Made by a program: the position numbers and the translations under genes. A model generated the notes under the pieces. That model saw only the letters and a program-made list of their open reading frames with translations. It was not told the origin of the DNA and searched no databases. From positions 17,112,001-17,176,000 of the forward strand of contig JBHGNT010000012.1 in NCBI GenBank assembly GCA_043228905.1: 64,000 bases of DNA, written 5' to 3'. Positions 23,900 through 38,167 of the stretch are shown here, one piece after another. Origin of the DNA: Azolla caroliniana (lineage: Eukaryota; Plantae; Polypodiophyta). How positions within the stretch are numbered: position 1 is the first letter of the stretch; each line of letters starts with the position of its first letter.

Positions 23900-24660
23900 G
23901 CTACTTGATGTAGCTAGTTAGATGTAGTGTGGTAGCTAATTAGCTATTTTGATGTAGCTAATTAGCTATTAAGAGTAGCTATTTAGCTATTAAGAGTAGT
24001 TAAATACCTATTACCAATAGATGATTAGCTATTACCAATGGCTAGTTAGTTATTTCTAGTAGCTAGTTAGCTATGATCATATTCTGATGTAGCTAATTAG
24101 CTTTTGTGGTAGCTAGTTAGCTATATGCAATAGCTAATTAGCTCTTACTAGTAGCTAGTTAGTTATGCTCATATTCTGATGTTAATTAGCAATAGTTGTA
24201 GCTAATTAACTAATAATAGCTAGTTAGCTATTGCCGATAGCTAATTAGCTATTAGTAGTAGCTCATTAGTTATTAACAGTAGTTAATTAACTATTAAGAG
24301 TAGCTTATTACCTATTACCAATAGTTAGTTATCTATGATCATATTCTAATGTAGCTAATTAGCTTATAATAGCTAGTTAGTTATTGGCAATAGTTATTTA
24401 GCTATTACTAGTGGCTAGTTAGCTATGGTCATATTCTAATGCTAATTAGCAACGATTGTAACTAACTAGCTATTACCAGTAGCTAGTAAGAGAGACAGTT
24501 AGCTAAACCGATTATGTAGTTAAGTAGGAGACATAGCTATCTAGACCTGATGTTGCTAACTAGCTATGCCCCTACAAAATGTAGCAAATTAGCTATGGCC
24601 AATACCATATGTCGCTAATTAGCTATGCCTGATCCCTGATGTAGTTAATTACCTAGTGAT
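23900..24660. repeat. AGCT/TAGCTA-rich degenerate palindromic simple repeat
   Basis: Dozens of TAGCTA, TAGCTAATTAGCTA and TAGCTAGTTAGCTA units. Confidence 0.85.
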
Positions 24661-25649
24661 TGTAATCTCAATAGTTTATAGACTTGTGACAATAAGCTCA
24701 AAAATCAAAACAAAAGTTGAGATAAATGTAAATACATGAGGTACACCAAGAAGATGAATGGGATGCTCCTCATATTGACTCCTTCCAACACGTTCTTGCA
24801 TAAATCCTTCTTATTGGGTGAAACCCTACTCTCATTAGTCCAAAATATGGTGATTATATCCTTGATTTCTGATGTTATGGGTGACATTGTATTACATCTT
24901 GTTGTTAGCTTTAGCAAACTAGTTCCTTCACCACTTGAAATAATCTAGTTCATTGTATTGTAGACACTTTTTCTACTAACACTGATTACCTTAGATAGCA
25001 CATTGATGTTAAGATTGTCAACATCACTATTAAGTAAAATCATTAGACTGGACCTTTTTAAGACAAGATCATCTTCTGACTTGCTCATGGATAGGAAACT
25101 ATTACAGAGATTATTTACTAGTACAAATGTTATGTTTGCATTAAGACCATCACAATCAACTAACTCCCTTATCAATGGATCATTTAATATTCCAGAAAGC
25201 ACTACCTTCTTATCTTCATTGCCGATGTGCCTGATCTAAACATTGAAACAGTCTACAACCTTTCTATCTATGATAGTAGTTTCATTACTTCCATTCTGAA
25301 TGGTATTCAGACCTACATTACAACCAATATTATCCTTACCTTTAGTGAATGTGTCTTTCTTATCCTTCAACATTTGACGATATTTCCTTTTCTTTTCTTC
25401 CCAATACTTTTGTATCGCTTGTTGTGTACTAATAGTGTCATCCCTATCTTGATGATCCAAGAGGGCTGTTTGTAAACACCCTCCTTCCCCTTCAATTTGG
25501 CTTGAGATATTCATTAGTAAATTGAAACAAAAAATAGACACGTAGCTAGTTACTAAACCACATGCAAACCGGTTATTGACTGAGGAAAACTATACACAAG
25601 ATTATACAGAAGATAATCAGTAGACGAAGATGTAGATGCAATGGCTACC

Positions 25650-26010
25650 AGTTGGAGCGAACAGTTATTGCAATCCAGGACCGAACAGTGGCGGCAACTA
25701 AGAGTACAATGGTGACAATGGAGGAGAGAACTCCGTTGGATCGAACTGTGACAGCAATCCAGGACCGAACAGTTGCGGCAATTGAGTGTAGAATGGCGGC
25801 AATGGAGAAGTGAACTCCATCGGATCGAACAATGGTAGCAATCCAGGACCGAAGAGTGGCAGCAACTGAGTGTAGAATGGCAGCAATGGAGTGAACTCTG
25901 TCGGATCAAACTGTGGAAGCAATCCAGGACCGAACAATGGCGGCAATTGAGTGTAGAATGGCAGCAATGGAGGAGTAAACTCAATAGGAGCGAACAGTGG
26001 CAGTAATCTA
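25650..26010. repeat. ~84-bp minisatellite, 4+ copies
   Basis: GCAATCCAGGACCGAA at 25670, 25754, 25838 and 25919. Confidence 0.9.
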
Positions 26011-27545
26011 AGCCTGAATAGTCACAAAGTGATGGCCAACGTGATGTGGCAATGGATCATGCATAATGAACCTAGGAATTTGGTATATAATTTATGGTGC
26101 ACATTTATGGTGTTCATTTATATAATTAAAACATTCTAATGTTTTAATTCATGGTGCAAAAATAACTAGTTATCATTGGTAGCTTTTTGCATAGCTAATT
26201 AGCTATGTTAATTGTTTCCACTTCCACACTTTCATTTCTGTTTCTCTCTGTATTTGCTTGTACCCATTCTACATTTGACTCGGTTATGGAGGAGTGCCTG
26301 TTTTTCGTATCACCAATTGTTGAACAGGACCCGAAGAAAAATAGAAGTTTGAAGAAGACCCTGAGTAGGTCCTTCTCGATGAAGGACATGGGTTCGGCAA
26401 AGCAAATCTTGGGAATGCACATTGTCCGAAACAAGACAAAGAAGTTTTATGGTTGTCACAGGAGAAATACATGCCAAAGGTGCTCCAGAGGTTCAACATG
26501 TAGAATTCAAAATTGGTCGGTTCGACACTGTCGACAAACTGCAAGCTGAGCAAAAACCAATGTCTGAAAACAAAAGGGGAGAAAGTTGAGATGATGAATG
26601 TCCCCTATGCCTCAGCAATCGAAAGCCTAATGCATGCAATGGTTTGCACCAGGCTAGACATTGGCTATGTAGTCAGAGTCGTTAGCCGTTTTATGAGCTA
26701 TCTCAACAAAGAACATTGGACGGCGGTCAAATGGATACTTCGGTACCTGAGAGGCACCTCGAGCGTGTGTCTTCGATTTGGCTCAAGTAACCCCACATTG
26801 GAAGGCTATGTATACTGATTCGGACATGTCGGCTGATGCGGATACCAGCCAATCCACAACTGGATACGTAATGACTTATGGAAGGGGAGTTGTTTCGTCA
26901 CAGTCGAGACTGTAGAAGGTTGTGGCGCTATCAACCACGGAAGCCGAGTATATGGCCACAATAAAAGCCAACAAGGAAATAATATAGAGGAAGCAGTTCA
27001 TCAGAGAGTTGGGGATTCGACAAGAGGAATTCTGACTCTACTGCGATAACCAGAGTGTCATCCACCTTGCGAAGAATGTCACCTACCACTCAAGGACCAA
27101 GCACATCCAAAGGAGATACCATTGGCTCCGAGAGCAAGTAGAAGAAAATGAGTTTGCTCTGATGAAGATCCACACATCTAAAAACGAATCAAACATGCTA
27201 ACGAAGGTGTTGTTGGCCGAAAAGCTGGACGCATGTCGACGGAGAGTTAGATTGATGAAGCGCCCCCATGCCAGAGTGAAGGGGGAGTTTGTTGGGAAAC
27301 AGGTCCCTCCGGATGGGAAGAGTACAAGTTGAATTGAATAGGGAAAATTGATTTTGGAAAAATCGACTGGCCGAAAATTGAATGTTAATTGATTTGGCTA
27401 ATAGCTGCGAAGCCGATTCAGAGGCTATATTTGTAAATAGCCATAAATTTTGTATATGTCTATATATATCTAAGGCAACCATTAAGTTGTAGTAGTTGTA
27501 GTATATCATAGTTGTATAGTTATTGACGAGGTCGTTGCCTCTGTA

Positions 27546-27590
<45 letters not shown>

Positions 27591-27867
27591 TTGAGAGTTA
27601 GTGAATGTCTACTCTGTAATCGTCTGTCTGTCAGACGAAGAAAATCTCGAGGTCGTTGCCTTAGAGTTTCTTATTTTACTTCCTCTCATAGTGATTTAGT
27701 TTGGAGTTTGTGAGCTCCATGTGGTTTTTCCCATTCAGGTTTTCCACGTTAATATTCGTGTCTCTGTACCTTTTTTTTTCGTTTTCTGTCTGGGCATTGT
27801 CTTACTCAGTTCTTTACATCCGAATACGTATACGAGAAACTGGTTGTGGCTGGTAACGATCCCAACA

Positions 27868-28136
27868 AATTGTGCGTGGTGAAGAGAGTGAGTGTGTGTG
27901 TAACCATCAGTTAGACGAAGAAGAGCTCAAGGTTGTTGCATGTGAGTCTCTTTGTATTCTCTCTTCATATAGTGGAACAGTTCGAAGTCTGTAGGCTCCC
28001 CTGGTTTTTCCCATTTCACAGTTCCACGTTAATATCTTGTGTTTCATTGTTTGTGTCATTTTTTGTTTTGGTTTGTTTCCTCTTGTCGTTGCACTTGACT
28101 TGCTATTCGGTTGTGGCCGGTCTCTCATTTACAACA
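27868..28136 (+). mobile_element. 3' half of another copia-type LTR, probably the target of copia C
   Basis: GAGCTCAAGGTTGTTGC and GGTTTTTCCCA..TTCCACGTTAAT blocks; ends TTTACAACA. Confidence 0.7.
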
Positions 28137-31100
28137 AGTTTATAATAGTTATTGGCCAAATCTATTTCTAGATATTTGTGGATGCAATAAGAGGAATGCA
28201 TGATTACTAGTATGATGGTATTTAGTGTCAAGTATGTTAACTAGTATCATGTTTCTTTCTTTATGTGCGCCATATTCTCAAAGGTCAAATGCATTCTACA
28301 TATATCGTGTGTACATATAACATTTTGGTGTTTCTGAATTGTGCTTTTCTGTACCCAATATACGCAATATATGTATGCATATGCATCTTATAAAATCAAC
28401 CTTATATGAATATTGCAGAAGATATGCGTGGATGCACATTTAAGATTTTCATTGCAAAAGGAGCTCAAGCCCAATGACATCTAGACATTAGGAAAGATTG
28501 TGTTGCCCAATGTATAACATCAAAACTCTTAGGTAGTATGATCATCATAATAGTTTGAATGCCTATGTGAATGCATATATTATTAAGAGGTTAATGATAA
28601 GGGCGTTAACAGAGCCCCCCTATCGATATGTTCATACTAAATTAGATACAATTAAATGTTTTTTTTGTCGGAGAGAAAAACTTAGTGTTTGTTCTAGTGG
28701 TGCAACAACTTTATGCTCAACTATATGAGCTTCTAGGGATACAAGATCATCTATTGGTCTTAAATGTTATTGTGAGAAACATTTCCACAAATCTAAGCTG
28801 AGGTGGTGATGACATGTTATTGTTGGTATGAAAATCTTGGATGTGTGCCTAATCTTGTTGTCATTCTAAATGGACGTCGATGCATATCTTCAATTGAGTT
28901 GATCTAAGCAACTTAGGTCATAGAGAAACATTGATTGGTGATTGTAAATTTGACTCCTAGATGGATATTTGAATCCATGAGTGCAATTTTTCAGTGATTT
29001 CAAATGTGTGGAATAGAGTTGTCTCAAATCAAGAACCTTTGGCAAGACAAACTTCCAAGTAAGACTAGTGAGTATGTACGAGCTGAATGCAAAAGGCGTG
29101 GCCTTTCTTGGCCTTCAATCTTGTATTTTTATTGTGAAATAAAAAAGAAGATTTTGACGTCATGTATCTTGGTAACTCTAGGCTAATTTCTACTTCGGCA
29201 ACAAAGAGTCATTTTCAAGGGAATCTAGCATTCATCCTTAGCTTTTTTTTCTTTAGTAAATTAGTGCATATAGTGAGATTTGAACTAGAGTACATATGTT
29301 TGTGTGTATGTGTATAAAGCTTTTCTCTTCGTCATTTAATCAATTAGTGCATAGAATGAGATTTGAACATGAGTGCCTATGTATGTATTAATGAATTCTC
29401 TACTTTTGGAGTATTTAATAGATAAACTAGTGACTTGTGTTGTTTTTAACCACCTACTAGTATTGGCTCTCTTGTTAGCTTTATTTGTTCTCACTAGTAT
29501 GTGAGTGTGATGGATTATACCAACAAGCCCTCTTCTCCATCTTCCCATGGGAACCACATCAATGCAAAATGTATCTTCTATGCAAGTGTAAACAAATCTT
29601 TTACTCGCTTTGATTTTTTCAAGGAGAACTCATTATATTTCTCCCAATTTTCTATTTGCTCCTTTTAGATTTTGATGTATTGAGGTTTCATAATGTTAAC
29701 GTTAACATAGATTTTGGATGTATATCCGTATATATTATATATGTATGCATTCTCCCTATTTGTGGTTCTGGTGTTCTCGATTAATCAAAGCGTGGTTGGT
29801 TGAGTTGTCTATGTGCATTCTTACATGTAATTAATTATGAGTTAATGCTTAATTCCTAGTTGAGGCATTAGTTAGCTCTTAGTAAAGAGTCAAAAGCAAG
29901 AGAGGGGAGGAAGTGATCACACAAATCATGGTATACGAGTCTTAGTAGCTCACGTGCACATACAACCATTCATGCCCATTTTGCTATCGAAAGGGTATAT
30001 GGTAACTTGACCCCAACATACAATTTTGGCAAGGAGATAACTCCTACCGAAATGAAGAACTACACTCAATTGGACACACCTCGACATGACATAACATGTT
30101 TCCCCTTTAGGTTTCTCTAAATTTAGCACATGCATTTGTTTTCTCGGGTTGAGAGAAATTATTGAGTCATTGAGAGAGCCAGAGCTTTACCTTCACCATC
30201 ATATAAGGTTGTTTATTATTACCTTAGGTATTGCGTATGTAGTAAATTTGGAGTTTAAGAAATGGGTTCTTGTTTGGGTTCATGGAGTATAACAATAGTT
30301 TCATAAGTTAAAAGGAAAATTGATTTGTCAATTTTTGCAACTAAACTCTACAGGCACCTTGTTCTGGAGGAGTTGCCTTTATGTCAGTTAATATTGCAAC
30401 GTCGTAGAGGGTTTGCTTTGCCATAAGATCCTTACTATTGCAATAAGAATAACATGATTTTTTGCAGTCATATTGTTTTAATATAAGCATACATTTGCAA
30501 ATAGAAAAAAGAGAGAGAAGGGAGGGATAGGAAGAGTTGTGGGTGTAGGGTCAATTAATAAGCTTGTCCTAAACTCTAAAGTCAATCATTTTGGTTGTTT
30601 GGCGGAAACCAAAAGATCATTTGTTCAATTCCTACGCCCCAAAAGAGCCATGTAGTGTAGAACAAATAATGAGACCAAACCTTGGTGCATAGGTTTGGAA
30701 GACATAGTTTTTTAAGTGAGAGTGAGAATGAGCATGTGTGAGTTATAGCATGGGTAGTAAGGTTGTCTAAGAAGTAAGTGTGACTTTCCGTGATAATTTG
30801 GAAAGGTCACTTGGCAGAGCCAAGAAGAAGCATTGAATCCATACATTCAACATTGGCATATGGTAAAATATTAAAAATAATGTGAATTGCACTTTTGTAG
30901 TCGTCTAGTAAATCAAGAAATTAGTGAGATTTGAACAATTGATGAATCAGTTGCTAAAAAATACAAGTTGTCACTTGGGTACAACCTAAAAATACATCGT
31001 AGTGTTGGAATATAACCCTACTTTATCCTTTCACGATGCAATAAGCAAGCTCCAAGAAACTAGAAGTGCAAATCAAAAGGTTAGGTGCTTTAGAAAAAGA

Positions 31101-34100
31101 AAACAAAGGCTTAGGCAAGAATGAAAGAGTGTGGCCGTGAACTTACTTTGATGAAAAATTCTCCACCACATGTAATGATGAATCAAGTATTATATATATA
31201 TATGTAGGCATTATCAATTTCGTTGCATAAGTTCCTCTTTGCTTGTATTTCTTCATGCCATTTACTTTTATTGAGAAATCTTTGTTTGAACTGCCCACTT
31301 ACTATGTTTATGCAGCATTTACCACGATACCGATAACTATATTATTAAGAATGGTGCATGAATAAGGTATTATCAAAAGCATACTTCGGAAAATTTCTCG
31401 TCTATATATATGTCGATAACGATGTCCATACTAGCATGTGTATACATGCGCTTCTTTGATTTTGGGTGTTGGTTTGTTTTATGCACACCTCAAAATGTGG
31501 AATCACCAAGAAAATTCTCATTTATTACATGGAACATGCATAATAAACTATGCAACTAACAAAACATTAAATAATGCAATGATCCAATTTTCAAATCAAA
31601 ATATACATTTTCACTGATTCGATATCCAAATGTTGAAAAAGAATTATATAAAATTTTGTTTGTGTGTGTGTACATGTGTGTTAGGTATACTTTCGTGTTT
31701 GTCTGTGTCTGTGTGTGTATGTATATATATATATATGTAATGTATGGGTTTCTGTCACCCATGAACTTTAAGATGCATATAATACTTGTAACTTAGGTTT
31801 CCATGATTGAATGATATAACTAAAAAATATGCATTTTTATTTAAATGATATGTAACATCCTACCAAATTTCATAGTACACTATCCATTACATTTGAAATC
31901 GGATGGAGTGTTGTGTTGCATATGTTGTATACATTGGCCACTTCAACTCAACATTCTAGATGCAAGAATATGTTCTCCATTTCCTTCCATTGTATGATCC
32001 ACAAAGACACTAGCATACGTCTTGAGTCTTGACGACTTACTAACGATTGAAATGTTGAGGTCAAAGATTATTCATATTTAGATTGATTGACAAAGAGTTT
32101 TCTTTTCGAGCCCCCCCCCCCCCCCCAAAAAAAAAAAAACTAGAGGCTTTCAAAGAATGCATTCATGATTCATTCGAATGGTGATGCGATAACTTGAAAA
32201 ATAAGAGCTTTTCTTTAGATCAACCGACGGAACATATATAACAGTTGAGACAATAGTTGTTTTACACATTTGATATGTTATGAGACACCAATTTATTCGT
32301 GATCTTATTTTACAACTTTTGTACAACCATTTTGATGTCCTTGTTTGCTCTACAACTAATTCGATTACATCTTCTGATCATAAATTGATCATTTATTATA
32401 ATGCATTCTTGATAGGGTAATAAGTCAAAATTACCTTTCTAAAAGGGAGTAAAAAAAACGATTCGTTCCACACTTCAAATTCCAATGTTTTCTGATGAAA
32501 TCTTTCTACGGAATTCGTTTCACTTTGCATCTCATTGTATTTTAAATTGGAAGTTGTTGTATAACATTTAATTCGTTTCTAATGCATCAATAAGGCAAAG
32601 AACATAACTAGGCCCCTATCTTCTGATCATATGCTTGTGGCAACCAAATCCCTTAACTAAATTCTCATACATAACAAGGATTAAATTTTACATAGCTTAC
32701 AAGAAGCCTTTTTGAAGGGGATCATCGATGAGGAGTGTAAGAGTATGAACTTATTTCATGGCATTAGTGCATTGATATAAATGACAAATGGCTAGTAGAC
32801 AAAAACCTTACACAACAATCAACATATATCGAGATGCAACATAATAATTTGACATGGATTTTGAATAAGACAAGCCGAATGATGTTATTTTTCACTCTAC
32901 CCATCTGTTTATCATGGAAATCATGATAGTTACGACTATATGTAACATTAATGATGTTGAACTGCAAAATGTTGGACGAATATTCTTACAATTAGACACG
33001 TCCTCTTATTTTGAGACTTCTATAAAAAAAACATAGTCATGCAACATGTTTTCTACTATTACGAGAATTAAATAACGCTAAAAAGTTTATCACTAATGCA
33101 CTATTACTTGTAATGCGACATCTTAATATGCACATGATCTTTTGTCTTGAGACATATGGGTGCATGTGTTGTAAACAATGTTAGGAGACGTAATCAGTTG
33201 AACCTTACTTTTACAATGAGATACTAAATAATGAATTTCGAACAAGGCAATAAAGTCCAAAAATCGTAACAGAATGCTCTTTCTTACTCGTTACAAAGGA
33301 AGTTGAGGCTAACACATGATGCCCTCATTCTCTTGTAGGAGTCAATTCTTTACTATTACGAAAAGATAGTTGGCGTTTTTTGTGAGGACATAATAAATAA
33401 TGAGCTTATTCAAGGAACATGCCTCGTTAGGACAATCTAGTAAACAATTTCCATAGTGAAGACCCTCTAAAGAATTTACTTACTACTTAATTCCATGAAA
33501 TTTAGGATTTTATTATATTTCCGTTTCCTCTCGTTCACACTCCTTTTATACATCGGACTTGATGGAATTATTGGTGTATCCAACAATGTAAGTGTAATAC
33601 GATTATTTTAATGTGTGTGAGTCCATGGGTGAGTAGTAAAGCAATCAAGGTCCGAATATAATGAAGATAGTGTACATGTCGAAATGTTGAACGAGCTCAA
33701 TAAAACCATATTTTTCATTCGACGAACGTCTACTTGGGGGGTTGTGCTCGCAAATAATTAATTCCGTATTCAACGCTGAATGCAAACGTAGTCTTAAATT
33801 GATCATATATAGCATAGAATATAGCTTAGGGGTGTGTTCATTGAATATAATATGAAGACAAACAAAAATAGTGTTATTTAAAGCCAATACCAGGAGACAT
33901 AAAGTAGGATGATCTTAATTGTTGTAGCTCATGCTAACTAATTAAGCGTAGGTGTGAGCACCAAGTCAATGTTTTGCGTACAGTATAAAATTTGTCGTGA
34001 CCAAACCAAAGGCACACTTTTGTCTACAACACGATAAAATATCGTAATGGGACAATGGGGCAAGGAAGGCGAACATATAAAACCAACAAATGTGATGGGC

Positions 34101-35569
34101 AAAGCCGCCTTTTCTGCACTACATTTCATGTGATCTATCTAGGCAGATTTTCTATGATATCATAAGCAATAGTGTATGCATTGTGCTATTGAAAACCCTT
34201 TGTGCGTATTAGAGTGACACATGCATATATCATACACATTTTATATGCACACAAATGTGCATACAAAAACGCCAACGCCCTTCCTCATGTTGTTGAATTG
34301 AGTGCCACGCACATGAGCTCATCGGGATTCAAGCTCAAGACCCATTGCACTAAGTCGAGTGTCACCTTTAGGATTGTCGCCCCATTTTCAGTACCCCTTA
34401 CAGATTTGGCATTACAAAAACTAGCTCTATTGTGTGGCTCCTATATCAAGTACGTTGGTTTGTAATCGAAATGATCCGCAAGACATGGGCAAAGCACAAA
34501 GGGACATCGATGAGTCTGACGAACCATCATGCCTCTGTTTTCTTTTTTCTGGAGGTTCCATTAATCTTCGCCAATCAACATGTTGAAATTGACACTAAAA
34601 GAAGCAATTGGACCTCACCAAGTCGCTATTCTCTGACACTCTAATGGTGAAGTGACCTTTTTTTATCGCCTACGTTTGTGTTCTCATCATGGATATGTAG
34701 CAACCATGAGCTAATTTGGATTTACATAAGCACAATCATCACGCATTTGTTGTACGAAAACAGGGTGGATGTAGCTAAATTCATATTTACATGTATCACA
34801 CTAAGAATTAAATCGACAATCAAATAGAAATGAATTCAATGACACCATTTCCTAAGAAATGGCGAGAAGCAATATACAAGCACAACTTTCACGTCCATTT
34901 ACATAACTAGAAGATTTTAACTCATATACAAGCATAACTTTCACATCCATATAGATATAGATAATATAACTAGAAGATATCATGTCGGATACACGCATAG
35001 AAGGTTGAAAGAGTTATTCCATTACATTTGGGTTCAATACATTAGGTTTCGGGACCATGGGAGGGGGGGTTAACTCAGGTTAGGATAATGTATGTGTAAT
35101 GTAAAGAAAACCTACAAGCCCGACAAACTAAAGTGAGCTGCTATCATCTCTACATAGAGGCCGAAAATGACCATTTGTTACAAGCATACAAATGTCACGA
35201 GTAGTAAGTAGGAAGGGTCCATAACAAGGATAGAGATAAAAGGCCCAATTTAGCATGACCTAACTTTAAAAAGGAGTCTCAACAAATTAAGGCTAGAGAT
35301 TAATCCCATTTTCTTCTTCTTTTTTTACATTACTTTCACTAGGAATCATCCAACTTTGACAAGGCTAGAGATAAGCCCATTTTGAGACTTGACTTTGACC
35401 TTCATAAGAAGTGGTGGTGTTCATAACAAGCATACATAGATGGATAAAGATAAGAGAGATAAAGCCCATTTTTGCATGTGAGAGGAAGGATTAGGTTGTT
35501 AAAAAAAGGAGCCCAGAAGCCATGAATGAGTGTGAGAGAGAGAGAGAGAGAGAGAGACTCTCTCCACAC

Positions 35570-38167
35570 TTAGAGCTTCAGTTCAAGGTCTTGGGGGCTA
35601 ATGATGATGGTATCATCAGTTGGGCATTCTTCGTGGATTTGCTCACCCGCCCACGCCTTCACTACGGGGTCGCTCACGACTTCCTTGCTTTCGGCGTAGG
35701 GCTCCGCACACCCGGCCCCGGCCCCACCCCCACCGGTACACGTGCTGGCAGTCGGCGAGACGTAAGAGTAGCCGGGCCGCCAGAGCGAGGAGGAGAAGCT
35801 CGATGAGCCCGGATGATGATGGCCGACCCAAGGAGCCATCCAAATCCCACCTCCTCCTCCTCCCGTAGTTGTGGCAGCTGCCGGGATTACCGGGGAGGCG
35901 ATCCCACTCTGGCTCGAGGAAGCCACGACCACAGATGCAGCCCCGGACCCTGTACCGGCAGTGTCGTGCGAAACCGCCCTTAGCAAGGGGGAAGGTGGGC
36001 ATGAAGCCGTGGCGCCCCGTAGCCTCGCCCCGAATGCCTGGTTGCTACTGCTGCTCGACCACGCATTGAGCAAAGCAGTGGCGGCACAGTCAGCAGGCAA
36101 TGATTGGTGGTGGTGGTGGCCGCCATTGGTAGCCGCCATAGGAGGAGTAGCATTGCCGTGTTCTTTGATCCCATTGGGAAGTAGCCTCGTGTCCCACAGG
36201 CCGTTGGCGTGGTGGTGGTGGTTGTCCCGTGCTCGGGGGCTGAGGCACGTGGGCGAGCTGAGGGGCGGGGTCACAGGGGCGCTGTACGAGCTCCCGCCTC
36301 CATAGCTCAAGAGCCTCGCAGAAGATGAAGAGGACGAGGAGAGGCCCTTGAGCCACGGGATCAAGGACGCATTCTCAATGGTCGTGGTGGTCGTGCCAGG
36401 TGTTGCCGTAAGAGAGGCTGCTCCTCCTCCTCCGTAAGGGGCGTTTCGCACCGGGCTCGGGCAGGCTGATGAGGCCGGGCTCGGGTACGAGGATGAGGCC
36501 GGGCTCATGAATGGAGATGGCGCGAATCCCGTCTCAGGTGTCCTCGCTGGGGGCTTCATTCCCTGAGATCGGACATACAACACAGAATCATTCAGAGAAA
36601 GATTGAGATTAGTTTATTCATTCATTCAGCAATTCATTCATTCAGTAATTCAGTGATTCATGGATTGATTGACAGGTAATTGATTCCTTCCCCTTCCGGA
36701 GATGGATCAAAAGCCATTACTGGGGTGAGATTCTAACATGCGCAGGCTATACATTCCAAAAAGAAGCAGAGTTAAGCCTAACACAGAGCAGATTACAAGT
36801 GAATCTGAAAGATGTTTCCATGGCATTAGTGGCTCGCTCTGCTTGAATACACAGACAAATCATAGATTCCTGGCATCTTCTAATATTTCGTAAACAACTG
36901 TTTGAATCAACAAAGACATGCGTCTCCTCTTAGAATCCTGACAAATATCCAGAGAAGATATGTCGGTTCTCTTTTTTTGCGAAAAGATTTCTAGATCTAT
37001 TGCCCCTTCTTTACCCTACATTTCTGTAAAGATCCGTAGCCATGGCGTTAACACGGATAGTGTATTCTTTAATCGCTGTAAAGATCTACGGTTGTGGATT
37101 TATTTATACAGACAATGCATTCTCTCAAGTCTGCAAGCAGATATGGCATTCTGCTTTTTTCTATTGATGTTTCTGCAAAGATTCACAGATTGAAAGCAAA
37201 GCCTGTATTAAGTCTGGAGATTCACATCTATAGATTTCAGGCAGAAATGAGTTGTCTTTTCTTTTCTCCTGCATGCGTGATGATGGACTGACACAATGGA
37301 ATTTTTCGAAGTAGTCCTGCAATAATTGACATGCAATGGCTTTTATCTACTCTGCAGATTATCTATCCGTCACAGACATGGCTCTCAGAGGGGAGGTAAC
37401 TTCCCATATCTCTGGAAAGAAGACGACCAGCAGAAATGGCTTGTCGCTCCAGCCTCTAATCTACAGAAAAAGCAGTTCTTTTCTCCTGCCTCTTCAGCTA
37501 AGATCGAAATATTTCAATGATAAGCAAAAAGAGAAAGAAGCCATGGCCAGAAGACTTAAGCTCCGGCGAACATTCTAACACATACAGTGCTGAACAGACT
37601 ATTCTGTTATTTAATTTCTCTGCTAAATGAACCACATATGCTCTGCAAAAATCGATATTCACAGACAGGAAACGATCTACAAACAAGAATTTCTATCCCA
37701 ACCAAAGGATCGCATTTTCCTCTGAGAAGACCGACAGAAGAACCAAAGAATGTTATAAGAAGAAGCCATGGCAGAAACAGAAGAAAGGAACTACTCGAGA
37801 ATGCATTCTTGAACAGAATGCACATTTTCTCTACGGAGGAGGTCTATGTGTGTATATAAATTCAACACAGATAATGATTATCTGTGCATATACTCGAGAA
37901 CAGATCATTAGGGTAAGCAGAAGCCATGGCAGTTGATTAGTAAGCAATTACCTTCTTATAGGTGAGTCCGTCTTCTTCGACGACCCAGCCTGCTTCGATG
38001 CAGAGAGCTTTGAGGACTTCATTGTTGTCGCAGTGCTTGGGGAGCTTATAGTTCCCATAAGTTCTGAGGCCTGCGTAGATCTTGGCGGCGATGGCGCGCC
38101 TCCTTCTCTCCCTCCTCCTGTTGTTCTCCCTTTCCTTCCACGTGGGGAGGCGCGAGCCAGAGGTCAT
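35570..38167 (-). CDS. BZR1: BES1/BZR1-family (BEH-like) transcription factor, ~402 aa; exons 38167-37952 and 36562-35570
   Basis: [35 protein letters not shown]...[25 protein letters not shown] is the BES1_N domain. Phase-0 GT-AG intron 37951-36563. [29 protein letters not shown] and a C-terminal EAR-like DLELKL. The symbol marks the family, not orthology. Confidence 0.95.

Larger units (their letters stand above)
22190..26325 (-). mobile_element. Decayed DDE DNA transposon (Sola2/EnSpm-like transposase remnant)
   Basis: Minus-strand fragments NESRVSPNKKD, RTFESLKPHFV..C.C.YH, VDFAENY, FISDDKKHDTLFVQHCF, VWSDGVASQFK and GHGKGEHDGACAVIKR, with stops and frameshifts. No TIRs or TSD identified. 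Confidence 0.7.
15562..27867 (+). mobile_element. Old Ty1/copia element C (gag 15562-15860 + 21644-22190, RT/RNase H remnant ~26325-27279, 3' LTR 27290-27867), host of nested insertions
   Basis: Gag continues across the gypsy insertion (ALLLL..SLLDSWETLVVTL); CFFCGKSRHFQKNC and VVDSGAS; RT/RH remnants with stops; PPT AGAGTGAAGGGGGAG followed by TGTTGGG...CCCAACA. Confidence 0.85.

Noticed and set aside
28140-35400. Hidden gene in the long AT-rich interval
   Set aside because: Only short ORFs and no motif or exon chain I could recognise; probably old TE debris. A translated search would be needed to exclude small exons.
35871-36305. Plus-strand 144-aa ORF with a poly-Trp run
   Set aside because: Antisense of the GC-rich BZR exon 2 (His runs).
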